The notes under the pieces were generated by a model. That model ran no database searches. It worked only from the letters and a program-made list of their open reading frames with translations, and was not told the origin of the DNA. A stretch of 46,578 bases of DNA from Octopus bimaculoides (taxonomy: Eukaryota), in NCBI RefSeq assembly GCF_001194135.2, contig NC_068988.1, forward strand, positions 79,960,195-80,006,772, given 5' to 3'. Positions 1 through 11,707 of this stretch are shown piece after piece (position 1 is the stretch's first letter; each line of letters starts with the position of its first letter). Position numbers and translations under genes: made by a program.

Positions 1-203
1 GTGTGTGTCTGTGTGCGTTTGCGTGTGCTGCACGGAATTTTGTCAGTGAACGGGTGGCGGTCTCAAAGCGACGAAAATATTTTGGCGAATCAAACGGTTT
101 TTGTGTGTTTCTTAAAGGGTTATAAACACCTTCCACGCTGAAATTGTTTTCGTTCCAGCGCAAGATATCAGATCAGGTCACTAGCTATGCAAGTACATCT
201 CCG

Positions 204-240
<37 letters not shown>

Positions 241-298
241 GTGATAGTAAGGGATTAGTACCTGTACACTCATCTATTATTATTCATTTGTTTTTATG

Positions 299-336
<38 letters not shown>

Positions 337-812
337 ATATAAATAATATATAAACATATGCATATATCCATACATATATTGTCAATGTATGGGTGATTTT
401 GTCATATTTGAACAGACATGTATATGCGCGCACACACGTATTGTATGTATAAGAGCCATATAAACATAAAGCAATACATAAATAGTTTGAGAGTATAAGC
501 ATATAGATTTCAAATGTCCGCGTACAGACAACATGCAAAGACGTAGCACTTAACTGAACATCAAGTAGAAATATGGCAATAAATAGATAAAAGTTGTCTG
601 TGACCTTCGAACTATCAGAGAACAGCAAAACGTGAGTGGAAATCAATGACCTCTATTAAATTAAAGTAGACAGTAAGGACAAGTAGCAAATATAAACTAG
701 ATAATTACTGATGTTCATCTCCTTGTAGTCAGGACGAACAATACAAAATAAAATTATTTATTAGTGTCTACAATATTTTCTCCTTCGACTAAATGAGAAA
801 CAAAATCAATAT

Positions 813-814
<2 letters not shown>

Positions 815-871
<57 letters not shown>
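815..871. repeat. (CA)n microsatellite
   Basis: Directly visible. Confidence 0.98.
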
Positions 872-874
<3 letters not shown>

Positions 875-1233
875 AAACAGACAAACAATTACATCATGCG
901 CGTGGTATTTAGCCATTCAAAGAAAGAGCAAATAAGAAAAACTTATTTCACTTTCGTTAATTTCTTAATAGTGCTAGAGTTTATAAAGGAAAATTTGTCC
1001 CGGTTTTATTATTTGATCACTGACACAATTCCACTGCAACAGACCTGCGACGATGAATACGACACTTCACAATATACAGTACGATGAAGAAAGAAATGAG
1101 AAGTGATTTAACTGCATTTGTGATTCCTTAAATTTCTAAATTGACACTTCGACGGGGAAATTATGCATCCATGCATGCGTGCATATATACATACATGCAT
1201 GCATGCATTCATAATGCATACATACATACATAC

Positions 1234-2800
1234 TTCGTCCTCTCATTAAATCCAGTATTATACCTGCTCACATAACAAAGTGGCCATAGAAAAGGATTCA
1301 GAAGTATTTCACATCATTTTCTTTGTCGACGACCGGAAACTGTATGAGCCATATAAAAAATATAAAAAGCACGGGCTATATAAATCATATAAAAAAGTAT
1401 GAGCCATATAAACCTTATAAAAAAGCAATTGGGCCTCATTACCCAATTTTCTACAGACATAGGAAGGAAATTTGGTAAATCCAAATGTGCATTTTTTAGA
1501 ATAAAACTTGGTTTAAGTTGTGCCCCTCTCGGAAAACCTAAAAACGAACGGCTTGACAATACAACCTCTAAAAGTCAGGTGACAGTCACAGATATCTTGG
1601 ACAAAATGAGAATATCAGATATGATGGACCCATAAATAAGGAGTGAACTACATCTGAACTCTCAGTTTACAAGTATATTACGCACGACACCTTTGCAGTG
1701 CCTGTCCTCACGCCTACGTTTGGCCTTCTGAACTGGTCACCACAAGAACTCAATGAGATAGACGTCCGAACTCGCAAGCTGCTCAGTGTTACAAGAAACT
1801 TCGAAATCAATGGAAATGTAGACAGGCTATACTTCCCTCGCAAGTTATGGTAGTCGTGGTCTCAAATCTGTACTGATGTCATATGAAGCATATTTTGTAA
1901 CAACGAAACATCTGCAGCAGAGAAAAGAAACTCTTGCACAAGTTAGTAACTATGAAACCAATAACATAACAAGTATAGTTAACGAGCTTGAGAAGAGGTA
2001 TATGAGCTGATACAGACCTTAGGAGCATTGGGAAAATTTATTAATCAGAAGAACAAAATTTTGAAAAATGGATCAGTTCACTGAGAAGAGAGAACATGAG
2101 TATTTGGCATAGAAGAAATTGATCATGTCAAATACCGACACGTTTACGACATCACACATTGAATGCTACCTTCATGCAATTCGTGCAGTTCAAGAACAAG
2201 AGATCCCTACTAAGTGCCTACAGAATAAGAGAAAGGAAACGTTGACAGACAACAGTTGTAGGCTGTGCAAGACCAAGACTGAAGATATCAACCGTATTAT
2301 TGTCAACTGAAAGAATATCTGCCAGATATTATCTTCCCATGAGGCACGATGCAGTTGCCAAAATGATCTGGAACAGAATAACCAAATAGAAAACACCTAC
2401 AGACGAAGCTGACTATATTGAGACGGATGGATCAAAGGAATATTGGTGGAACTTAAAAATTAAAACAGCCACCAAGTTAAAACACAACCGGTCAAATATT
2501 GTTGTGTGGGATCACAAGTAGTAGATCTGTTCTGTTGTAGAAATCAGCTGTTTTCTAGACACCAATGTGGTTAGAAAAATACAAGAAAAAGAGGACATCT
2601 ATGGAACATTAATAAAGAGACACACTTTCAACTTCATACCTATTATTATCGGAGCAACAGACTACATACCAACCTGTCTGCAGCAAAGTATGGCTGAGCT
2701 TGGGATCGTGAGAAGAGATCGCAAATCCTTAATTCATACTCTAAAACAATCACGATATCAGGGACTATAAAAATCAACAAGTTCTTAAAACTTAAAGGAT
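1234..2800 (+). mobile_element. Decayed, 5'-truncated RLE-type non-LTR retrotransposon (R4/Dong-like): RT C-terminal half, CCHC knuckle and restriction-like endonuclease
   Basis: Manual translation across stops and frameshifts gives FVLSLNPVLYLL (1234), ISH..FFVDDRKLY (RT YADD-type motif, about 1322), FSTDIGRKFGKSKCA, DRLYFPRK, CRLCKTKTEDINRII...RHDAVAKMIW, EYWWNLKIKTATKLKHNRSNIVVWD (degenerate PD..D) and FIPIIIGA. Confidence 0.85.
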
Positions 2801-4704
2801 GGTGAACAAAATATAATGCTTTCCCTAGCTACCAAGTAGGTGGTTGGTTGAAATTTACTTTAAACTGAAAAGAGAATGATAACACACACACACATACACA
2901 AATACATACATATCTGCCTATCTATACAAACATACATATATTCAGATTCAGATGAATATGGTACTTAAGTTGAGGCACCAGAATTTAGTACGGTATTATA
3001 TATACAATTTCAAAGTAAGGTGATTAAAATCAAAATAAGCAACAAGGATATATATANNNNNNNNNNNNNNNNNNNNNNNNNNNNNNNNNNNNNNNNNNNN
3101 NNNNNNNNNNNNNNNNNNNNNNNNNNNNNNNNNNNNNNNNNNNNNNNNNNNNNNNNNNNNNNNNNNNNNNNNNNNNNNNNNNNNNNNNNNNNNNNNNNNN
3201 NNNNNNNNNNNNNNNNNNNNNNNNNNNNNNNNNNNNNNNNNNNNNNNNNNNNNNNNNNNNNNNNNNNNNNNNNNNNNNNNNNNNNNNNNNNNNNNNNNNN
3301 NNNNNNNNNNNNNNNNNNNNNNNNNNNNNNNNNNNNNNNNNNNNNNNNNNNNNNNNNNNNNNNNNNNNNNNNNNNNNNNNNNNNNNNNNNNNNNNNNNNT
3401 GCGTGTGTTTATTCTGAATATGGCAATATTATATTTATTGTATTTGAACAAATTGACAGTGACCTCTGTAGTAGCGTTGAAATTTCAAAGCCTCTCTCAA
3501 CCTTATCCTTGTTAAAATAGTGTGTGTTTGTTTGTGTGTGCGCGTGTGTGTGTGTATGTGTGTATGTGTGTGTGTGTGTGTGTGTGCGCGTGTGTGTGTG
3601 TGTGCATAAGTACAAAAACAGAGGAGTTGTGCACTTATGTAAGACTTATGAGGAAGAAAGATACTAGGGTTTTATGGCTTCTATATACATTATAAAGAGA
3701 AGAGCTCTCTCTAACTGAATAGTCAATTTCAATTTCTGACTTGCTTTCACGAGTCACAATGATATTGCTAGAGCAATGAAGGAAATGCATTTCTTTCTTC
3801 TATGTATGCTTTATCCAATAATCCAGAATTTAGACATTATTAAGTTCCAGCCTTATAAAGTTCCAGATGAACCAAGGTTTTCTTCCTGATGTTGATTCCT
3901 GGTTGAACTTCGTTCTCTTTCCCTTCACTTTATTTCTACGCGGTTTATAAGGACATGATCATCAGAAAGAAAAATTCATGTTTCTTCTTTCCAAATACGT
4001 ACCATGGAAAACGAAAAATAATTTCTCTGAAGAAGCATTTAAGTTAAAAAGAGGTAAGTGAGAAAAGTCTGAACTGCATTATTAAACAATGTGAAAGAAA
4101 GAGTTGAAATTTGAAACCGAATTGTTGTGTCAGTTCGCAAAATAAAAATTTAAAAAATTACGAATGCCCGAGATTACTGGAATTTTTCATTTGAGAGGAA
4201 ATGAAAGTAAGCGATATTGATACATTTTCAATGTGGAGATAGTTACAATGGGAATTTAATGCAAATCAACTTTGTGCGCACACGAGCTCCACCAACACAC
4301 GCTCACAATGACATACTCATGTACACACAAAGGTTTCCGACAACTGTAGATATTATGAATATTTGAAGTTTCATCTTTCAGCTAAAGTATAAGTTTGAAA
4401 AACTCGACACGCACTATTCTCATGAATTGAACATTAACAATAGAAATACTCTCATTATAATATTTAGGAGTTAAACAAAGCAAGCGAATAATATATTTGC
4501 ATTCAATGTACTACTTAACCGAAAGTAATCCTAATATATTTAGCAAATATAAACCAGCAAATAAAATTGATTGACATTGCTTATTAGATTTTAACAATTG
4601 AAGGTCAGCAATATGTTCTAGCGCAGAGTCAGCACAGCAAAATGTTTCACAGACATAAAGTTTTCATAATGCAGAAGCTGAGGACAGTGTATTAGGACAA
4701 TAGG

Positions 4705-4912
4705 TAGTGTTGGATAAAATGCCTTCCGATGTTGAGCTAAGTATCTCTACGTCCTGAGTTCAAATACCGTCGAGGTCAACACACCCTTAATCTTTCTGGA
4801 ATCTATAAAATAAGCACGACTAAAATAATTGAGCTGAAGGAATCACCTATTCCTCCACCACGCCACCCAACTCTTAAAATTTCTGACCATGTACCTATGT
4901 AAGAAATCATTA
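4705..4912 (+). mobile_element. Degraded tRNA-derived SINE, family B
   Basis: Contains ctgagttcaaataccgtcgaggtcaac (B-box region), the reverse complement of the family B copies at 20025, 32783 and elsewhere. Confidence 0.6.
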
Positions 4913-5202
4913 TACAGAAGTTGAGAAACTAAATGCGAGAAACTTAAATAGGTTCGTAGACTGTTATCGGAGAGAGAAAAAGCATTAAGGAGTAACTCAG
5001 CACCAGTTAACGTATTCCTTTAGTAGGTTCTGTTAGTTGGCTGCAACCATGCTGAAAACCACTTTCGAGGGTTTTACATCAGTCAAATGCCACTCACATG
5101 TTATTGCTCAACTTGTGGCTAACAAAATATTGTCTATTAAGTACAGCAGTGAGATCAAATTTAGAATCACCTGGTTGCAAAACATACTTTAACAGAACCA
5201 TG

Positions 5203-5333
<131 letters not shown>

Positions 5334-5430
5334 GCGCGCGGTTTTAAATATAATTTTACAAGGCAGTAAACTGGATATTAAAGTTTGTTAAGAGTGTTAA
5401 CATACGAACTACTTGTATATCCTAGAAAAA

Positions 5431-5623
5431 GATTTCAAAGTTTGGCAAAAGGTCAGCAATTTTAGTTAAAGGATTGCATCGACCTTATTTTCAGAAGTAT
5501 TTATTTCTTCAACCCCGAAAGATAATGAGCAAAGTCAACCTCTGCGGCATTTGAACTCTGTAAAAAAAACGGAAGAAATGCTGCTAAGTATTTTGCCCAA
5601 CGCACTAACGATCTTGCCAGCTC
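5431..5623 (-). mobile_element. tRNA-derived SINE, family B
   Basis: Matches the other family B copies (gcaaagtcaacctctgcggcatttgaactc...ctaacgatcttgccagctc). Confidence 0.75.
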
Positions 5624-5679
5624 ATCAACTTCTTGAATCCCATATATAACGTATCGAGACGAATTCATGAAGTGAGGGG

Positions 5680-5815
5680 TGGAAGAAATGTTTCCTGGGA
5701 GTTGTGTCTCTTTCTGAGCTCAAATTCTACTGAAGCCAACTTTATCTTTCCTCATTTCGGGGTCGTTAAGGTAGCCAAGTACTTATTAATTTGATTTAAT
5801 TGACATCACCCATTA
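5680..5815 (+). mobile_element. Degraded SINE family B, inverted relative to the 5431-5623 copy
   Basis: ctgagctcaaattctactgaagccaactttatctttcctcatttcggggtcg aligns to the sense strand of family B. Confidence 0.55.
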
Positions 5816-5980
5816 CTTCAAAAGTTTTAGCCTTGCACTAGACATTAGACGTCAATATATTCAATTAACTATTACTTCGTCTCTTATTTCAGCTGTTAAC
5901 TGACTAACAACTATCTCAATTGATCTATGTCGGTGTCGATAACCTCTATGTAGTTGTTTAAGCAGCTAAAAAGAAGCATT

Positions 5981-6406
5981 CTTTGTCGACGACCTGAAAC
6001 TGTATGAGCCATATAAAAAATATAAAAAGCACGGGCTATATAAATCATATAAAAAAGTATGAGCCATATAAACCTTATAAAAAAGCAATTGGGCCTCATT
6101 ATCCAATTTTCTACAGACATAGGAATGAAATTTGGTGAATGCAAATGTGCATTTTTTAGAATGAAACTTGGTTTAAGTTGTGCCCCTCTCTGAAAACCTA
6201 GAACGAACGGCTTGACAATACAACCTCTAAAAGTCAGGTGACAGTCACAGATATCTTGGACAAAATGAGAATATCAGATATGATGGACCCATAAATAAGG
6301 AGTGAACTACATCTGAACTCTCAGTTTACAAGTATATTACGCACGACACCTTTGCAGTGCCTGTCCTCACGCCTACGTTTGGCCTTCTGAACTGGTCACC
6401 ACAAGA
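5981..6406 (+). repeat. Near-identical local duplicate (about 98%) of LINE segment 1321-1747
   Basis: By-eye alignment shows about 8 substitutions and 1 indel over about 427 bp. Both copies share the same 55-bp internal insert. Confidence 0.95.
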
Positions 6407-6569
6407 GTTCGGACGTCTAACTCCCGTAAATCACATCAAAAGTACCGCGCAGTGGGACCAAAACCAGAATCACATTCTTGCGATTCGAACTTCCTTGACT
6501 CAAAGCAGATTTTATTTGTGCAAGGAAAGTATTTGCTTTACTTGCGTTTGAGAACTTCATCACATCGTT

Positions 6570-6870
6570 CAAGTGCCCTCACTGATACTGACACTCCGTT
6601 GTTTACTACAACGAAGGTTCCACTTGATCCGGTCAATAGAACAGCCTGCACCCGAAATTATCGCACAATTACCGGAGCACTCCAAACACGCACACCCTTA
6701 GCGTAGTTCTCGGGAAGATTTAAGGTAAGATAGAGTATGAAAAGGCTAACCCTTCGAAATACAGGTACCATTACTTCTGCCAGCTGAGTGGACTGGATCG
6801 ACGTGAAATAGTGTTTTGCTCAAGGACGCAACAATGGAAATCGGACTTAGGTTCTTACAATCAGGAACCG
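6570..6870 (-). mobile_element. Degraded SINE-like interspersed repeat, family C
   Basis: The minus strand carries a gttgcgtccttgagcaaaacact core followed by ccagtccactcagctggca and a body recognisable as a recurrent octopus-type repeat. Family assignment is from memory. Confidence 0.55.
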
Positions 6871-6977
6871 CTTCTTCTGAGTATTTATTCTTAAACATGA
6901 AAGAAAAGATATTCGAGACAATACCTGTATGAAAATATTTAGCACACTATTCTTGAAAAGGTTACTGCATTGCCTCT

Positions 6978-7008
<31 letters not shown>

Positions 7009-7363
7009 TGCTCTGTTTCTTTCTCTCCATCTTTCACTTCATAAATACGCACATACACACATCACACATTCATATACACAGATAATACATAACACACACA
7101 CACACACACACATATGTATATGTTCATTATATTAAGTCTTGGGAAGGTCATTACGCCAGTAACAATAAACACACGCACTAATTCAATATGATTTATTTAT
7201 TCTTAAATCGGTTAAATATCTAAGCAACTAATTCATAGTTTGTTTAATGTGTTGGTTAAACAATCACTCAGTTTGTGAAATTCCTTTCGTCGCTATTCGC
7301 GACCGCATCAACTGCATGCCCTCCCTCTTCAAGGTCTGCCTTGAGTCAGTCATATATATATAT

Positions 7364-7520
7364 CAGGAGTGGCTGTGTGGTAAGAAGCTTTCTACCCAAC
7401 CACATGACTCCGGGTTCAGTACCACTGTGTGGCACTTTGGGCAAGTGTCTTCTACTATAGCCTTGGTCCAACCAAAGCCTTGTAAGTGGATTTGGTAGAC
7501 GGAAATTGGAAAAAGCCTGT

Positions 7521-7562
<42 letters not shown>

Positions 7563-7600
7563 TGTGTGTGTGTGTTTACTGAAACGAGTAAAAGAAAATA
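7364..7600 (+). mobile_element. tRNA-derived SINE family A: head, internal (GT)n and 3' tail, with the body deleted
   Basis: A-box-like tggctgtgtggtaa and B-box-like gggttcagtacc; aligns with 15886-16286; ends in actgaaacgagtaaaaga. Confidence 0.85.
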
Positions 7601-7880
7601 TATATATTCATGTATCTCTTGTACATATACATTATCTCCTATGTATTTGCTATAAAGATTATACACATATCCGAGAATCATTTACACGGTTTATATTAAG
7701 TAGCTATTATTATTATATTATATGCATATTATATGTATTACAAGCTCATATCATATGTGTAATATAAGAACTATAGTATATTATATATTATGTTGTATAT
7801 TATATATATTATGCATACCTATGTATTTTATGCGGGAGTACGTGTGTGTCCGTGTGTTTGCATCTATGTTTGTATTACAT

Positions 7881-7894
7881 TAATAAATAAATAA

Positions 7895-7976
<82 letters not shown>
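7881..7976. repeat. (TAAA)n-(TA)n tract at the LINE 3' end
   Basis: Directly visible. Confidence 0.98.
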
Positions 7977-7978
<2 letters not shown>

Positions 7979-9907
7979 TCTTTTACTCGTTTCAGCCATG
8001 TGGTCGTGGTCATGCTGGAGCACCACCATGGTCTTTCTGACTTCCTCAATCTGTGTGTTTCACATCATCATACCTGTATGTGCATTTGCCCCAGCTGTTG
8101 GTACATTTGATGCATAAGGGAGTTTGATTCCTCTGCTCTCGTCTGTACCTCATGTCAGGCTGTTGGTTCATCCGGTATTGTGGAGAGGAGGATGTCTAGT
8201 TCTTTTCACCTCATGCAAATTTCTTAATTTTTGTGGCAGGCCATTGAAGAGCTGTGGGCCTTTGAACCCTAGACTATTGTAGTACCTGGTCCTGAATCTA
8301 GATGGAGTGGATAATATCTATGATACAATACAATAGTGGCCATTTCTGGCATTTCTATAACACTCAATGCCAAAGTTAGACACTAGCCCTTCTAGCGTTT
8401 TCCATATGTATATTATTGCATATCTCTCTCGCCTTTGCTCCCGGGAGTATAGCTGTAGCTTTCTCAGCCTGTCCCTATAGCTCATCCGCTGCACTGTCGG
8501 TGACCATAACTGGGAGCAGTAGCCCAGGCGGCTGAGAACAAAGGTTCTCCACAGGGTCAACATAGTTTCTTGGTCTCTTGTCTTGAAGGATCTCAGTAAC
8601 CATCCTGCCAGTTGTCTGCACTTTGCTGCCATCTTGGTAATATGCATATAAAATGATGCGTCATTGCACATACTGACATCCAAGTCTTTCACTGCCTGTG
8701 ACTCTGGGACTGTACTGCCTTCGGATCCTGTATATGTAGATTGTACTGTATTCATGAGTTGATAGTGCAGTGCTTGAAATTTTCCAGCATTAAACTGCAT
8801 GTTGTTTATTTCGGCCCACTTGTATATTGAATTTAGGTCCCGCTGTAAGCTTGTGACATCATCCTGATCTTTTATTGCCTGTGATAATTTTGTATCATCG
8901 ACATAGCTAGTGAGAGTAGTTGTCCGAGTGACCGTGAGCATGTCTAAAAGGGCTATTATGAACAGTAACGGCCTTTCTGTTTTTAAGGAAGTCATGCAGC
9001 CACTCTCCCAGTTTACTAGTAATACCGAGGTTTCGTAGCTAATGACATCATGCCATAACCTACCTTATCAAATGCCTTTGCGAAGTCAAGGTGTATCACA
9101 CTGACATCTGAATGGCCAAGTAGCTGCTTCAAAACACAGTCATAATACTGTGGGAACTGTGTGAGGCAGCTTCTTCCTGGACGGAAGCCATGCTGTGTAT
9201 TGTTCAGTAAGTTGTTTTCTTCTAGGAACATTATCAACTTCTTTCTGATGATTCGCTCCATGATTCTACTGATATGCGGAGTCAGAGAGATTGGCCTGTA
9301 GTTTTTGGCCTTGGTTCTGCTTCGAACTTTGTGGATAGGGCATATAATGCCTTCTTTCAGCTTTTTAGGAAGTATACCACTTGCAAGGAAACTTTGAAAA
9401 AGTATTTGAAGTGGTTTCGCTAAAGCCTGCTTACATGACTTAAGAAGAATAGCTGAGAAGCCATCAGGACAAGTGGCGGAGCATGAGCTCATTTCATCTA
9501 TGACTGCTGTTACATCTGTTTCCTCAATGTTGATGTAATCGATGGCTGCCTTTTAGAGCTGCAATAGCAAAGAATTCTGCCGGATTTTTTATCTGCATGT
9601 GTCCACAGGGGAAGTGAAGACACTTTTAAATTGTTCACTATCTCACTTATCCTTCCTGGGTCCGCCGTCAGGGAGTCATTCCCTTGCAACAATGGTCCTA
9701 TTTTTTATCGTATTGTGGCTGTTTCGTTTGTGAATTTATAGACAGCTTTGGGATTTGTTTTTATGCTTTCCACACCCACACACCCACACACCCACNNNNN
9801 NNNNNNNNNNNNNNNNNNNNNNNNNNNNNNNNNNNNNNNNNNNNNNNNNNNNNNNNNNNNNNNNNNNNNNNNNNNNNNNNNNNNNNNNNNNNNNNNNNNN
9901 NNNNNNN

Positions 9908-9955
<48 letters not shown>

Positions 9956-10190
9956 TCTGCTCTGCTCTGCTCTTACCCTTTCGTGAGAGAGTTTGATGAT
10001 GCTTTCAATTTCTAGGAGCGTCCTTGTTAAGATAGACTTCTCTCTATTCATTCAGCCTATTCAGCCGCTTTGAGATCTTTGACCTGCATCTCATGAGGAC
10101 TTTTCTGTCTCTGGGAATCTTGTTTGACAGTGTGGTGTCCTTTCTTTCTTAAATATATCTAGTGCATATAGCTTGCACTGTTGACGTGGT
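7977..10190 (-). mobile_element. Decayed CR1-group LINE (5'-truncated ORF2 RT region plus 3' end), interrupted by a microsatellite and an assembly gap
   Basis: ORF 9016-9492 contains NYRPISLT, QHGFRPGRSC and LDFAKAFDKV. ORF 8318-8995 contains YVDDTKL, LQRDLNSIYKWAEINNMQFNAGKF and LYSREQRRERYAIIYIWK. Downstream reads SLGFKGPQLFNGLP. Upstream reads IKTNPKAVYKF (about 9740) and NKIPRDRKVLMR / LLEIESIIKLSHER (9970-10130). Confidence 0.92.
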
Positions 10191-11049
10191 ATAAAATGTT
10201 AAATAGTTTAGTTAATATAGATTATACTATATTTATATATCCATTGGAAGGGAGCTTCCACATACACACACATATATACAGAGACATATATATATAGATG
10301 GGTGCATGTATGTATGTGTGTGTATACACATATAAATATATATATATATATATATTTATTTATTTATTTATATATATATATAGTGAATATCCTTGTGTAT
10401 GTGTCGAAGCTCCCCTCAAATTTAAATACTTCCATTTTATATTTTAACTCTTGCATTCGTCTAGTTTATCACTTACTGCAATTTTAATTATTTCATTAAC
10501 TCTAGTTTCAAGCTTTTCTTGACCTATATTATTACAATAATTTCATACACTATTCGTATATCTTCACCAGACAGCCTACAAGAAACTAAATCGTGCAAGA
10601 TTAGTGTTAAAGCAAGACTTTACATCTACTTACCCTAATTTTATCTCAACACAACACCATCTACACAGAGTAGTCGAAGGTCCAGGCGAGCTAATTTAGT
10701 AAGTTGGTCAATATTTTAATTTGAGAATATGCGTTGTATATTGCCCTGAACATCACACATTTTGGTTATTATTTTTATATAAGTGTCTTGGCATGAACTT
10801 AATGCACATTAATATATAAGAAGAATAAGCCCTTTATAATCTTCATGAGTTTAATCACAATATGTTTTAGTGTTTTTCAGACTGGGAACATTTTCACTTT
10901 ATTTATATCACTCATACCAGTGGACCATAGTTAAATATCACGACTCTATTTGTTTTTCACTAAAAGTTTGAGGTTCTGCAATTGAGGGAAAATAAGGTTG
11001 CATACTTTGTAATCATGAAATAATGGTTTCAAACATCGTACATTACATA

Positions 11050-11280
11050 CAGGGTTGGCCAGAAGTCATCCGACTGTAAATCAAAATTCCATAAATACTA
11101 TCTCTAATTCTGTATTTGACTCGAATGGGAAAATGTTTCGCTCAAGGACTTCAGTTTGAACAATTTTCATGATGTTTCATATTTAGATGCTTTTATTAAA
11201 ATCACTCAGTTGTTAAACATAAATAAATATTGGAATTAAGTGGTTTTGATTTACTGTCGGGTGACGTTTGGCCAAACCTG
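11050..11280. mobile_element. Tc1/mariner-type MITE, 231 bp, 37-bp TIRs, TA target-site duplication
   Basis: Left TIR cagggttggccagaagtcatccgactgtaaatcaaaa (11050-11086) matches the reverse complement of 11244-11280 with 5 mismatches. TA lies at 11048-49 and 11281-82. Confidence 0.9.
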
Positions 11281-11661
11281 TATAATGCTACTACTAATGT
11301 TATAATGGCCTGTCACTTCACAAATATACACGACGCACTGTGACCATTTTTCTGCAAGCATTAAGCTGATAAACAAATGTTCTCTTGTATAGAGAGCCCA
11401 AGTTTTTTTTTACAAGAACTTGATAACTGAATACGAGAAGAAATGAACTCAGTTTCAAAGATGATGATCATTAGTTTCTCACTATTTTGCTACTAGTTAC
11501 AGAAGGAGATAATACTATGGTGCAGTGCAGGGAGCTATGTGATGTTAGCTGTTGATATTTAAGTAACTTGACCGGGGACAGAAATACAAGCCACAGGCCT
11601 CAAACTGTTTTCCAGTACCATACTAATTCAATTGTTTACGCTCTGTCTCACTTCCCTCTCT

Positions 11662-11707
<46 letters not shown>

